A stretch of 64,000 nt of DNA from Corallochytrium limacisporum Hawaii (GCA_002811645.1 PDIP01000094.1:20596-84595); one strand, 5' to 3'; counted from the first letter of the stretch, positions 1 through 12,776 are shown. Notes: generated from the letters alone by a model not told the origin. Program-made: numbers and translations.

Positions 1-2191
1 CCTGGGCCCCCCCTCGCGCGAGGGACTCCCCTCCCTTTCCAGCAGTTTGTGTCGTTTAGCTCGCCGGGGTGGTCAACCGGTGTCCTCAGGATTCATTGTT
101 TCGGATTTCCTATATACTAAATGTTGCCTAGATGTTTGAATGTTTCTTGTTTGCGTGTTGCAGAATGCATGTCCCTCTGTTTCGTTTGGGTTAGTGTCTG
201 GGTGTGTTTTTGGTTTTGCTGATTCCTAACAATCTCTTTTTCTGCTTAAGAGGCCGTGAACGGGCATTTTTTACCCCGCACGGATGAAGGAGGAGAGTCT
301 GCCGGTGGTGTGGTGGTGCGTCTACGCTGGTTCTGTCGCTGGTCGCCGTGGAAGGGCACCACCGCCTGTCTCTTCTTGCAAAGGTGGAGAGCCGCGGCCC
401 GACCGAGCCATTTGAGGGTTCTACAAGTACCACGGTTATTCCTGCTTCACTTGATTCCTCGGTGTGCGTGTGTGTTTGTTGTAATCATGGCCCGTTGCCC
501 CTGACCTTGGGGCTGTCTCTATGGTGGCTTCCACCCCAGGAATGGCTAATGAGTTCTGTGTGTTAAAAACCACACTGGTTCCGGTCGAGATGTTGCCGGT
601 CTCTTCTCGAATGGGAACAAATGGGAAACCAAACGGAAGGGGTCAAAAAAACGATACCAATACGGCTCCCTGTCATTCCAACATGGTTTGTTACTCTAAG
701 GATCGCCCCAAACGCAACTAAGCAAACACAGTCATCATGTCCAAGCTTCCGCCGTCAAGGGCATCCTAGTACCAGTAGAATCTACCTACAAGATCCCACA
801 CAATGACAAACAGCGCTAGCGAAGTCAATTCAGGATTAATCTTTCCATCGCGAATGATGTCTCCACGGGCTTACGTCAACATGGGCCCCACCGCGTTGTC
901 CCTCATCAGTTGCGCATCATACATTCAGTTCTATCCCGTACATCTCCGTCGGTGTTCATAACAAACTAGTCTTGCAAAGATCCGAACTGCTTCTCCAAGG
1001 GAGTGTCGAGTCGCTTCATGGAAACTTTTGTGCCTCTCCGGATTCCCGTTCTGGGGCGGATTGATGCACGATCAATTCTTCATCCTGCTTTTCTCGTCTG
1101 GTCGGTCGGTCTTATCACTTAAACAGCGGTGGCCACAAGAAACATCAGCTTATCCTTTTAAGCCAAAACTGGGGGCCCGGTCTTCGGGAGTAAGCAACGA
1201 AAACGACGCGACGGCAGCAACGACCGGGATCCATACACAGAGTCACAGAAGTATCTCTAATTCGGGGCTAAAAAACTTTGTTTGCCTTCCTCTTTCTCTT
1301 CTTCTCAAAACCACAGGCGGAACTAAGAAAAATTCGGCTCTGGCCGAATCGAAAATAAAAGTCCCGGTGCATCCCTCCTTGCCAGTTCTTCTTTTGCCTG
1401 GGTACTGTGTACCGCGGACGACCCACGCATTGTTACGGCAGTTAAACCCCCCCCCCTCTTCCCTTTCCTTTCCCCGGGGGGGTCGTGCACCTTCCTAGCC
1501 TGGCAGAGGAGGGGGGGATGCGCAGGGAAGGCATTTCGCACAATAACACCAGGACCAGCAGCAGCAGCTCTATTTTTCCTCTCCCGCCGGATCAGCTCGA
1601 TTTTGGTAGAGTTTCTATACCGGGACGGCCGGAACAGTAGAATTTCCTGTCTTCGGCAGAATAGAAAAAAAATGGACCAATGAACATCGGGAAAAAAACC
1701 CCCCTTTCACTCTCCCAATCATCGATCCCTCAAGAATTGCCGTTTTGTATTCTTTTTACAGTCCATTTTCCAGAGCCCCCAAACCCACTGTTCTCCTTTT
1801 GCTTTTTCTTTCGTCTGTACCTTCCCCCCCCCCGGGGGGCGGTGTCTCCGATGTAAAACCTCTTTGTGAACGAACACGGGTGGGCAGGACACGGCAAGGT
1901 TTGGGTAGATAACATACGGTGAAATTTTGGGAGAGATCGGCTGCGGCAATTTTGTTTTTTAGGAAAAAAGAAGGTAAAACTCAGGGAAAAAGCCAACTCT
2001 TCCGCTCTCCCTCGCCCTTTTGCTCCCCATTCCCTTAACGCCAAAGGGCCCCGCCGTGCCTCCCGGGGGTGGGGGGGGGAGAAGCAGCGGTGTTTACGGA
2101 AGTTAAGGGAGAGGCAAGTGGCTAGTCGGCGGGTGGGTTGGGAAGTGGGGGAGGGGAGGTTTCGAAGGGGGGGGGGAGGGGGAGGACGAGG

Positions 2192-2407
2192 NNNNNNNNN
2201 NNNNNNNNNNNNNNNNNNNNNNNNNNNNNNNNNNNNNNNNNNNNNNNNNNNNNNNNNNNNNNNNNNNNNNNNNNNNNNNNNNNNNNNNNNNNNNNNNNNN
2301 NNNNNNNNNNNNNNNNNNNNNNNNNNNNNNNNNNNNNNNNNNNNNNNNNNNNNNNNNNNNNNNNNNNNNNNNNNNNNNNNNNNNNNNNNNNNNNNNNNNN
2401 NNNNNNN
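2192..2407. other. Assembly gap inside a poly-G island (others at 6774-6993, 25489-25665, 62713-62734)
   Basis: N runs, each bordered by G-rich homopolymeric sequence. Confidence 0.99.
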
Positions 2408-2853
2408 AAAAGGGGGCGGAGGGAGTCAGGGGAAGGGGGAGGGGGAAAGGGGTTGGTTGGTTGGTCTCAAGGGCCACGCTCAGAAGGTCTGCGCCGATAA
2501 CCTTCCGTTTTACTATTGCCTGGGGTCGATTCCGGCCTCAAGGGCCCCTAAGCTTGATACGGGCACGGTTAGGAATCACGGGTCTGTTGTATTTCGTTTG
2601 TTTGTGTACGAAGATAACGGTATGTTGATGTTGGGGCTGTAGACGACGATTTTAAGGAATTTATCGTGGGACAACGGTGTAATGAGGTAGCCGCGGGAGT
2701 AATACGAACAGATCAATCAAGAAGATCACGAGGTATATAGAGATCAGCAGACTAAAAAAAGAAACCCTGCCATTTTGTAAGGGATAGCAAGTTGACTATG
2801 TGAACACTTAGAACCCCATGGACTCTCTGTAGACAGAGAGATATAGACTTAGA

Positions 2854-5316
2854 ATGGCATCTGTACATAAGGAAAGGGAGGATAGCCTGTCCTCCGCCAA
2901 CAGGTTCATGGGTATGGAACCCAGCATGGAAACCGAAGCGGAAGAAAAGCGGCCGTCGCTGCAGTCACATCATAGTAGCAGTGTCGGGATCGAGGAGCAC
3001 TCTGACGCAAGCAGTGAGGTCTCTAATCTTAGCGAACAGCAGGTGGAATACATGAACCCGACCACCACCGAACAGTTCCGGGCCATGCAGGTCCAGCTCA
3101 GCGAATGCGGACGTCAGAAACTTCAGTATGTCGCAGATTCCGAGATTGGTGCTGATCAGGCCGTCTGCGGTCCCTACGGCATGCGCAAGGCCGTCTATTT
3201 CGACTACACCGCCAGCGGACGGAGCATCTCCTTTATCGAAGACTTTATCCGCAACGAGGTGCTTCCCCGCTACGCGAACACCCACTCTGAGAGCGCCAGT
3301 TTCGGGCGGCAGATGGGTGCCCTCGTTCAGGAGTCTCGCTCCATTATCCGTAAGGCCGTTGGTGGCAACAGTGACTACGCTGTGATCTTTGCTGGAACTG
3401 GCTGCACTGGTGCTATTCACACACTTCTGCACGCTCTCTCCGACCGATACTCCGACTCCTCTGTCCGAGAACAGGTATGGGGCGCGGAGTGTACGGATAT
3501 ACCGGACCCTGTGGTCTTCGTCAGCCCGTACGAACACCATTCTAACATCTTGCCTTGGCGCGAGGGCGGCTTCCAAGTCGAACAGATGCCGCTGGAGGAG
3601 GACGGTACAATGAGCATCGAGCTCCTGGAGAAGAAGCTGGCTTACTACTCCAACCTCGGATTCCGTAAGGAATGGCTTGTGGTCAGCATGGCTAGTGCAG
3701 CAAATGTCACCGGTGTTCAGCTGGATGTCGATCGCATCACTCACATGACAAAGAAATATGGAGGCCTGGCCTTCTGGGATTACGCTGCTGCTGCACCGTA
3801 CGTCCACATGACTGTTCACGATTCCACCCACTCCAAGGACGGATGGAAGGACGCAATCATGTTCAGTATGCACAAACTTCCCGGCGGCCCTGGTACCCCC
3901 GGCATCCTCATCGTGCGCAAGAGTCTGCTGAACAGCTATGCTGCTCCGTACACGGGTGAAGTCAATAGCAACCTTAGCAACGTGCGGCGTATGCGTCCTC
4001 CTGGCCGTGTCGGTGGCGGCACGGTACGCTACGTCGACCATAATACCCATGGTTTCCTTACCGATGTTGAAGTCCGCGAGGAAGCCGGCACACCGGACAT
4101 TGTTGGCTCCATCCGAGCTGGCTTGGTGATGCAACTGAAAATGCAAATCGGTGCCAGCACCATCCAGACTGCTGAGCACGGCATCAATGAAGCAGTCCAA
4201 GACCGTTTCACTGCCCATCCGAACATTTGCTTGCTCGGGGGTGAAAGCAGCAGCCATCGCCTGTGTGTGTTCAGTATCATGATGAAGTTTGACCCGCAGG
4301 CCAACAGCCGCTTTGCCAGTGTCGGCAATACATCAGGCCTCCTGCAGCAAGCCAGTGACAAGAGCACGACCTCGCCCTACTACCTTCACCACGAATTTGC
4401 GGCCAAGCTGATGTGCGATCTTTTTGGCATCCAAGTCCGAGGTGGCTGTCTGTGCGCCGGACCGTACGCCATTGACCTGCTGGGCCTGACCAAGCAAACA
4501 GCCGAGCGTTACAAGATGGCCCTGATCCCGGAAGCCCGCGGCACGATCGAGAACCCTGAAGGTCAGGAGCTCCAGGAATGTCTGAAGCCCGGAGTGATTC
4601 GCATAAGTGTGCCTCCCTTCGTCCAGTGCGAGGAGCTGAACTACCTTATCAGTGCGGTCGAGTTTGTCGCCACCTACGGTTGGAAGTTCCTGCCGTGGTA
4701 CCAGGTGAACCCCGTCAACGGATACTGGCGCTATATTGGCCCGACCGCAATGAGCAATGAAGACGTCCGTGACGGCATTGCCCAGATGCCCGAGGAGGAC
4801 GAAAATGAGATTGCTCTGTCCGGATTGATGTTTGAGAGCGTCTCCAAGGGTGGTCAGGTCCGCTACCAGTCCAAGAAACACACTGGCATGCACCGCCTCT
4901 TTGGTAATGACCAGGTACTCAGCCGCCAGGAGGCCTTCAATCGTGCGTACCAGATCCTCGAAAAGGCCGAGGAGGACCTCATGCTGCACACCAAGACCTT
5001 AAGCGAACAACAGATTAACGACATGAGCGTCTTCGATGCTCCCGACGCCATGCTCCCGATCCCGGAAATGGAAAGTCTGCGCTGGTTCGCGACAAACAGG
5101 GAGGTTTTCATGGCAGCCAAGACCGGTGAGGTGCTGGAGCAGCCGACCCATCTCTTCCATCCGCTCCTTGTGCAGGGCCGCCAGGGTGCTGTAGAGGAAA
5201 CTGACCGTTGCAGGCAGCATCCCGTGGCTGCGGCAAAGAAGTTTAAACGCAGCGGTGGTCTGTCTACCGTCTTGCGTAGTGCTGTCAGCTTGTACGGGCT
5301 CCCGTCATGGTATTAG
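2854..5316 (+). CDS. PLP-dependent class V aminotransferase / cysteine desulfurase-like protein (820 aa)
   Basis: Long ORF with YFDYTASG, YANTHS, PYEHHSNILPW, DYAAAAPY, PLP-lysine motif SMHKLPGGPG, EEAGTP and SufS-like catalytic loop RGGCLCAGPY. Confidence 0.88.
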   Translation: MASVHKEREDSLSSANRFMGMEPSMETEAEEKRPSLQSHHSSSVGIEEHSDASSEVSNLSEQQVEYMNPTTTEQFRAMQVQLSECGRQKLQYVADSEIGADQAVCGPYGMRKAVYFDYTASGRSISFIEDFIRNEVLPRYANTHSESASFGRQMGALVQESRSIIRKAVGGNSDYAVIFAGTGCTGAIHTLLHALSDRYSDSSVREQVWGAECTDIPDPVVFVSPYEHHSNILPWREGGFQVEQMPLEEDGTMSIELLEKKLAYYSNLGFRKEWLVVSMASAANVTGVQLDVDRITHMTKKYGGLAFWDYAAAAPYVHMTVHDSTHSKDGWKDAIMFSMHKLPGGPGTPGILIVRKSLLNSYAAPYTGEVNSNLSNVRRMRPPGRVGGGTVRYVDHNTHGFLTDVEVREEAGTPDIVGSIRAGLVMQLKMQIGASTIQTAEHGINEAVQDRFTAHPNICLLGGESSSHRLCVFSIMMKFDPQANSRFASVGNTSGLLQQASDKSTTSPYYLHHEFAAKLMCDLFGIQVRGGCLCAGPYAIDLLGLTKQTAERYKMALIPEARGTIENPEGQELQECLKPGVIRISVPPFVQCEELNYLISAVEFVATYGWKFLPWYQVNPVNGYWRYIGPTAMSNEDVRDGIAQMPEEDENEIALSGLMFESVSKGGQVRYQSKKHTGMHRLFGNDQVLSRQEAFNRAYQILEKAEEDLMLHTKTLSEQQINDMSVFDAPDAMLPIPEMESLRWFATNREVFMAAKTGEVLEQPTHLFHPLLVQGRQGAVEETDRCRQHPVAAAKKFKRSGGLSTVLRSAVSLYGLPSWY

Positions 5317-5378
5317 ATAACGTAGACCGGGAGAAGTGAATTGAAATTAATAGAACTGTATCATTAGATCTTCTTTAC

Positions 5379-6437
5379 TTATACCATATCATCGTATTCC
5401 CCGAGTTCGTCCTCCCCCACATCAGCGGCGCAAGTGTACTCAATCATCCCGTCTTGGTCGTCTTCGTGCTTCATCAAGACACGAACGTTTAGTGTTCCTT
5501 GCTCATTCATGCGCAGGTTAATTCGCCTTGCCATCGGCAGTGCCTTGGTAATGTTCTTAATAAGGGACAATCGGTAGCGGAACGTAATGTGGGATTCTTT
5601 GAGCTGCAAATCATCCATGACGTCGGCGTTATGCGGAAATGCGACAGTCATTCTACCGGCGTCACCTTGTGTAATGAGCTGTAGGTGTGGCTGTGTCAAG
5701 CTCATGCGAATCTCAAGGACCTCTGAGCTCATGTCCAGATCCGCGAAAGCCTCCCGGAACCATTCTGCCTTCATGATAACGGTGCCAATGATATCTGAGG
5801 TTGCAAATTGGAGATCGAGCGCCGATTCGTTCTCGTCCATAGTTTTAATTGAACAGTTGGTGGTGATCCCGCTTTCTTCCATCATCAAAATAAAGGGGTG
5901 GCCCTGCCCCTCATAGTGCAAGCGCACCGCCGTCTTGCTCAGGATCGGATTGCCCGGTGCGATAGCTGAACGCCTGTCTGACTCTCCATAGGCGTTAAAC
6001 ATGACAGTACCAGCGCCTGTTGTTGATGATGCTGCTACGCTGCTTGCACCTCCAAATATGTTCAGGGCGTCTATCAACGTTGTCAGGGGCAGTCGGAAAG
6101 TCCATCGCCGTCCGTCGAGGCCTTCCACACCATGTGCAGCACCACCAGGTCTCATCATCGCTGACAAGGCCAATTGGTGACCGAAGAGAATGTAATCCTC
6201 AAAGAGTGCTGGCTCCAGAATGGCGGTTCCGCTATAACATTGACTACTGTCAGTGGAGAAACGAATTCCTTCCTTACTGATGTCTATATGAACCCGATCG
6301 ATAGTGCGGTCCTGATACCCCGAAAGTGCCCGTAAGACGACACCCATTTTGCGAACATTATCCAAACGTGCCCGTAACACATTCTCTGCCGTGTTTTGCA
6401 CGTAGGAATCTGTCATGGTGAGCGCCGGCACCGGCAT
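5379..6437 (-). CDS. RAD1: Checkpoint clamp (9-1-1) subunit Rad1/Rec1, PCNA-like fold
   Basis: Rad1-like segments ISKEGIRFS, LFEDY, LIDALNIFG, YEGQGHPFILMMEESGITTNCSIKT and FRYRLSLIK. First ATG is at 6437, alternative at 6416; the ORF track starts at a TTG. Confidence 0.9.
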   Translation of the reverse strand: MPVPALTMTDSYVQNTAENVLRARLDNVRKMGVVLRALSGYQDRTIDRVHIDISKEGIRFSTDSSQCYSGTAILEPALFEDYILFGHQLALSAMMRPGGAAHGVEGLDGRRWTFRLPLTTLIDALNIFGGASSVAASSTTGAGTVMFNAYGESDRRSAIAPGNPILSKTAVRLHYEGQGHPFILMMEESGITTNCSIKTMDENESALDLQFATSDIIGTVIMKAEWFREAFADLDMSSEVLEIRMSLTQPHLQLITQGDAGRMTVAFPHNADVMDDLQLKESHITFRYRLSLIKNITKALPMARRINLRMNEQGTLNVRVLMKHEDDQDGMIEYTCAADVGEDELGEYDDMV

Positions 6438-6690
6438 CTCAAGAGTACCAGTCAGAAACAACAAAGGCTGCAGACTATGGAGTCACGCGGTCCTGCGGTA
6501 TGGTCTAAGAGAGATGATTACATTGCCTCTCGTTTCTTTACGACATCACTCACATGTATTCCCATTCACAGGGAGGCCAAAACAACTGGCGATTACTCTC
6601 GAATAGCTGGCACACGTAGGGACCAGAATTGATGCGATTTGAGTGGGATGAGACCCAGCCTACGGTGTGGAAGTCTATTTTCTGCTGCCC

Positions 6691-6714
6691 CAATATTTTT
6701 CGCGCCCAATATTG
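6691..6714. promoter_or_regulatory. 24-bp dyad containing an E2F-type site (TTTCGCGC) flanked by two CCAAT boxes, upstream of Rad1
   Basis: CAATATT-TTT-CGCG-CCC-AATATTG, about 255 bp upstream of the Rad1 ATG. CCAAT at 6690 and 6706. Confidence 0.5.
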
Positions 6715-9700
6715 AACTTCCACATGGAGGGCCTATTTTTGCTCCTCTTCCGGGGCGGTCCGCACCAAAGGGGNNNNNNNNNNNNNNNNNNNNNNNNNNN
6801 NNNNNNNNNNNNNNNNNNNNNNNNNNNNNNNNNNNNNNNNNNNNNNNNNNNNNNNNNNNNNNNNNNNNNNNNNNNNNNNNNNNNNNNNNNNNNNNNNNNN
6901 NNNNNNNNNNNNNNNNNNNNNNNNNNNNNNNNNNNNNNNNNNNNNNNNNNNNNNNNNNNNNNNNNNNNNNNNNNNNNNNNNNNNNNNNNNNNNNGGGGAG
7001 ATTTGGGTGGGGGTCACAATGAGTGGCGACCCTGCAGGATGGGGGTCACATTTTTATGGCAATGCTTTCACGCTCCTGCATTCAGGCTCCCTAGCATGCA
7101 ATCCATGCGCACTTATGCACACAACCACAACACATTCTACTTCTCCGCATGTTGGGGCCTTAAGCCGCTATGACGCATTTTCGTCACTCTCGGGGACGAA
7201 GCAGCAAGGATTTGATGAATCGAACGATGATGACGGTACCCTACACTTTTGTCTGCAAATGGTTGGTCCCCTGTGATGCCCAGTGTGTACTTATGTGCAA
7301 GAACGATGATGTGGTGGGGCATCTAGATTGTACTCACCCCTTCTTGCTCAGAACAGGAAGCCTTTTAGAGGCATCATGTTTTGTTGGGACATTTTCCTGC
7401 TGATTGCCTGCGCGCCCCTTAGATTGTTACTTTGTCACGACAGTGATGTGTCCGTGCCCCGACTGACAACATGGATTCCCCGCCACCAAAAGTGACCTTG
7501 GCCAAAACTCAGGGCGACCACCACACGGAAGCACCTAAGAACAGTCCAACAGAGGCATTCTATAGTGAACATTCCCCCTGTTCAGCTGCCTCGCGGTCAG
7601 CTGAACAGTGGAACGTTCGTGTCCAGTGCCTCAGGATAATGTGAAGAAATTTTCTCAGATTTTGTAAAGTGGGGAAGTGACAGTGAGGGAGGGAGAGTGC
7701 CCAAGCTTAGGGCTTCAATACACACCGATGACGGGCGATCCCGTGGCACTGTGGCTCTCGTAAACTTCAAGTTTGTCGTGCACATGAGGGGGGCCTAAAG
7801 GGCAATGGCATGGATACCAGTATTCAGTGTTTACAAGCATAGGATCAAGATTTGGTCTTGTTTCAAACTCTCTCGTGCGCCTAGATTCGGACTGGGTACG
7901 TCTCTTGTGACTCACTGTTTCATTCACGAAACCAATAGCCAACCACCTTTACCAAGTCCATGTTCATCACTGCAATATCTTTTTGTTGGGGCTCGAGGAG
8001 ATGTAGCCATTCTGTACCCCGCATTCAGGGTGTTCTGAAGGGAACCGCAAATGTAGAAAGATATCTCCTGTCCTACAGTAGCCCACATCGCTGTGTGTCC
8101 CTGTGGATGGGTGTCCCGAGCTGACATGGTGACCCCTTCATGATTTGCTTTCATTGGGAAGGTTGGTTAAAGGGAGGATGGTAAATGTGTCATCACCTCC
8201 AGAAAAGTTTGGAGTTGAAACGTCTGGATCTCCCCTCACCTCTGACCAAAGGTGTTTACCGATGTGTGGCTGTCGATTCTCTGGCCACGAACATACTTGA
8301 CCCAATCTCACCTCGCTGTCGCGAGCATTGTCTCCCAACTCTGTGGTACCCGACGATGCGATGCGGGTAGTACAATGCGATTGCAACAGCTCGTTTTGCT
8401 TCATGAAAATAAACATAAACACCGGGTAGTCCTGACCCAATGCACAAATTCGCGATCGATTCTGGCGCAGTGGCATTCGGCTGGTACCGATCCTTGACTA
8501 TGACCTACCGCGCTTCCTAAGTTGTACAGAAAGCGACTGCGGCTTGCCTAGTTTGTTGTACAAGAGGGGGGGCTGTCGCCTGCGCTTGGCCATGCATACG
8601 TCATACATCCGGCGCGTCATCGAAAGCCAGACCAGCTTTCGGGAGAGACGGGACTTTGTGCTATTTGTAAGGAGCCACCATGTAGTCCGGAATATCTTCT
8701 CCGGTGTACATCCTGCGGTTTGCTGTTTGTCAAGACATCCCAAGTATCTAGAACCCCAGCACAGAGCATACTTATCAACCCGAACTTACCATGGCAATCC
8801 CATACAAGGGGCCACCAAAGACCCACCTAGGGCACATTGTACCTTGTGGGCGTGTCTCTTCCGCTTTTTCATCGAAACTGACAGAGCTCTCCATTTTTGC
8901 AAAAGCTTTCAAAACTGCTTCATTCTTCACTTCCCTTCATAGACTCAATTTTTGTCCGACATCTTGTTTCACCAACTGCATGGTATTACTTCTGGAGAAA
9001 ACGGGATTGGGGTAGATGTATTGGAATTTTCATTCAAAAGCACGCCTGCAAACCCAACGTACTGATATTGAACCGTGTATTGGATTCGCCAGTTCTCGAT
9101 GATGCGAATGCTGTTGGTGATGATCATGCAACATTTCCTCTCTGACAAGAATGCACTTTTTTTTGATCCCCCACCCCTTCCCGCAGTAGCAAAAGCGTAG
9201 CTGTCTACCAACGGGTTTGATGGATAGATAGACCAATCCCGTCGTCGCTCAAATATAACCCGCGTACAAAGCCCCACCTCCGCCACAATCATGGACCAAC
9301 ATCGTTCCTCTTGTGCAGAAACTTTGAAGTGCGCAATGCATCAATAGTATAGCCGAGCCCGGCTGGGCTAACAGGGCTTAACTTTCAAATCGGCACACCA
9401 TTGTACAACAAGAGATTTGGTACAACAATCTCGGTCCCCCTCCAGAGAATACGGACATCGTCGCGCATGCAGAAGGAGCCGGCGGCGTGAGCACACTCTG
9501 GAGCAAGGGACATCCAGCGGATCTATGGACGACAAATATCAACCTTCTGCCCTTCCTCTGCGCTATCCCGGTTTGATACCTTTATTTCAAGGTTGCTGAC
9601 TCAACACCTAAACGATTGGACTGTGCCATCAAAAAACAAGGTTTGTATACTAAACATATGCCATTTCTGAGCAGAGCTATGATGACATCAGCTATATGAG

Positions 9701-12647
9701 GTCAACCATAGTTGCGGACAGCATGAGCGCACTGCGCAGGTCATCGGCCCCAATACTCATAGTCCTCACCCTCATCCAAAATATCGCCTGACCAGGAAAG
9801 TAAATTTTTCATCTCAGTACTCAAAGTGCGGTGCACATGGACCACAGCATGATCGAAGTTGAGCGGAGCAAAAAAATTTTACACCCGTAGAGAGAGCTGC
9901 GGACGTATACACGCCGATTTCCTGGGAAAGGTCAATTCAAATTCAGTAATGAATGTACTGCCCACTGCCGAGAAAGATTCGCGCTGACTAGGACGAGAGC
10001 GGTTCAGCAAGTGGATGCGAGACCCGCGCGTGTGTCACACTACACACGCACAGCGAGGAAGGGAGGGGAGCGCTTCGACTCCGACCCAGGCACATGCGTG
10101 CGAACGGTCAAGCGACCCATCCGTTCCCACACTAATATGCACAGTTGTTCTCTTCTTAACCAATACATTTATTATTGAATTCGACTATCTGTTGGCGTGG
10201 ATACGTGGGTTCAACATTTCCCCTCTGATCATTATAGTTCTCGGGCCCCCATGTGGTGCCCAAATTTCTTTCTATTTACGTCGTTGTGTTTTGATATGTG
10301 GTACTAAATGTACCAGATTCCCTGTCACACTGCTAAAAACTGCGAACGAACCGGTAACGGTATTTTGCCCACCCGTCCTCCTCCCCCCCCATGTGCGCAG
10401 CGCTGTGGTTTTCTTGCGGTACTCAAGGAACCGGAACACCGTGGCGTTGTGGCGCCCAGATGATCAGGATGACACATCGATGGCTGCCGCGAAAACGTCA
10501 GGCAGTCTCTCAGAAGCCGATAGAAATTAATGGCCGTCTGCGGAATATTGGTTCCCGTAGGGCTGGTGCCGCACTGGCCGAAAACAACAAACCAACGTAG
10601 AACGAAGCTGAAAAAGAACAACACCGCCCCGGCAGAAAGTTTCCTACATTGGGTCGTATTAGTACTGAATATACTAGTGAGAAGTTTGAGAACACTTCGT
10701 CCCCTGGGATTCTTCTGCCGTCTTTCATAGTGTCTTACTCCCATCCCCCATGTGCCCCGATGGGCTTGAGAACCAAAGGCGAAGGATCTCACCATCGTGC
10801 TCTGTCGGTCCCAATGGGGCAAAATCAATACTGAATGTACACAGTCCTGGAACGAAAGTAAGAACACGCACGGAGTTTTCCGGGGCGGGTGTCCGTGGAT
10901 TTGCGGCGGAGCAGGAGGAAACGAGTGAAAGGGGGGGGGGGGACAAAGAGGTGCCAGAGCGCTCTCTCCTTCCCCCCCTCCCTCCCCTCCTCCCCCTTTT
11001 TCTCTCCTTACCAAAAAGTATCAGACGGTCCACAGACATGGACCAGCCACCGCTCCCTCCCGGGGGGACCCCGGGGGGGAGGGAGGGAGGGGGGGAAGGC
11101 GCGCTAGTGCACCAATGACTGAGACTGCAAACCTTCAGAAGAGAAATTTTTTAACTCAATTTTCTTTCTTCGTTATTGAATGATCCATCGCTCAGTGCGA
11201 TTGTACAAGGCGAAGGAAAAATTCAGTCTTGTAGTCCCGGTCAAAAAGTGAGAGGGACTAGGGCCTTGGATCACCTTTTCACGTACTGCACACACCCTTT
11301 ATTCCTTCCTTCTCCCGATGCTGGCGGTCTGAGATGGTGTGTTTGTAGTACATTGACTATAGAATGACGAGCCCATGCGGAGAGATCAGCAGACAAAGCA
11401 CGTTCCCGTTTCTTATGCCACCTCTCCACTGTTGCCGAATGTCTCGAGCCTGGCGGATTCCTGGAGGTTGCGAGGTAGGGAGTGGAATTTTGTGTCCATG
11501 GCAAGTACTAAACGTACCTGCATTTGGAGATTCGGTGATGGAGTTCGGGTGGGTTGTATCCCTCCTCTGACGTAAATGATCGACTGTGGCCAAGGCAATG
11601 GATGGAGTCAATAGAAGAAAGTTTTTTTTTCGCAAACACCACCAGCTGAGAGGGGAGGCTCCCGTGATGACAAAGTTTGAGAGCCTTGACTTACTATAGA
11701 ATGAGGACTACATAAATGTGGAAGCAAAGCCGAGCAGGGAGCACCAAGAGCTAGTCCCCGCGTGCCCGACCTTCACGGCAGGAATTCACGTCAAATACCC
11801 GACAAGAAAATTCTTTTTCTTCGTTTGTTTTTGTTCTATTCTGCCCCTGTACCCTCTCATTCGCACCCAGAAAGTCCATATTTACAAACCTCAGCATTGT
11901 GAGGGTCCGTCCAGTTGGAAAAAAAAAACAAGAAAAATATTAAACACTCTCCAGGCTCCCCGCTGCGCCAATTCGCAAAGCGCGAGTGGCTGGACGGCAG
12001 AGAGACGAAGCAGAGGGGAAGCGGGAGGAAGGAGAGAGAGTTTCAGTACAAACCAAATAAGCCTCACTGTGTCAGAAATATGTATACATTAAGTACCGAT
12101 GTTGTGACCGCCACATGCCGCGTGGCTAGGAAAAGTTTTCAGCCCGGGTCAAACAGCTTTCGAAGTTTGTGGAGGAAACAGCCGCCCCCCCCCCTCGGGC
12201 CGAGGGGGGGTGTGGTGAATGAGAATCCCCGGAGTGCCTTCTCCCGCTTCTTACAGGACAAGTGAGAGACCAACAGCGGCGGCAGCTGCGCAATCAATAC
12301 ATTTAATACCACACACACATCTTCACCGAATGGTAGTGGTAGGAAATATTTTCCGGACCGGAACTAGCCAGAGAGTGAAGCCCAGGGCTTGGAGGGGGCC
12401 CAAACCAAAAAAAAAAATGGGGCGGGAGGGGATAGCGAGACAGCGCGGGCAGGGGACCACACGCACCAAAATCGAAAGATGGTCGGCCGACCCGTTAATT
12501 GGGCCGTTAAACTTTCATTGCGTCAACAGCTGTTACCCGTTCGGATCTTTGGTGTCTTCATGGTAATAACAAAGGCGGCAAAACAGAAACGGCCACTTTG
12601 GCGCACTACTACCAACTTGTTTTTGGGGTCCTACTTTTGTTTGTGTT

Positions 12648-12722
12648 GTGTCGTGTGTGTCGTGTGTGTCGTGTGTGTCGTGTGTGTCGTGTGTGTCGTG
12701 TGTGTCGTGTGTGTCGTGTGTG

Positions 12723-12776
<54 letters not shown>
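12648..12776 (+). repeat. Compound microsatellite: (TCGTGTGTG)x9 followed by (GT)n
   Basis: 9-nt unit visible from 12651 to about 12731, grading into pure GT repeat to 12776. Confidence 0.95.

Noticed and set aside
9679-9791. Possible C/D snoRNA (ATGATGA...CTGA)
   Set aside because: No terminal stem and no rRNA-complementary guide I could recognise.
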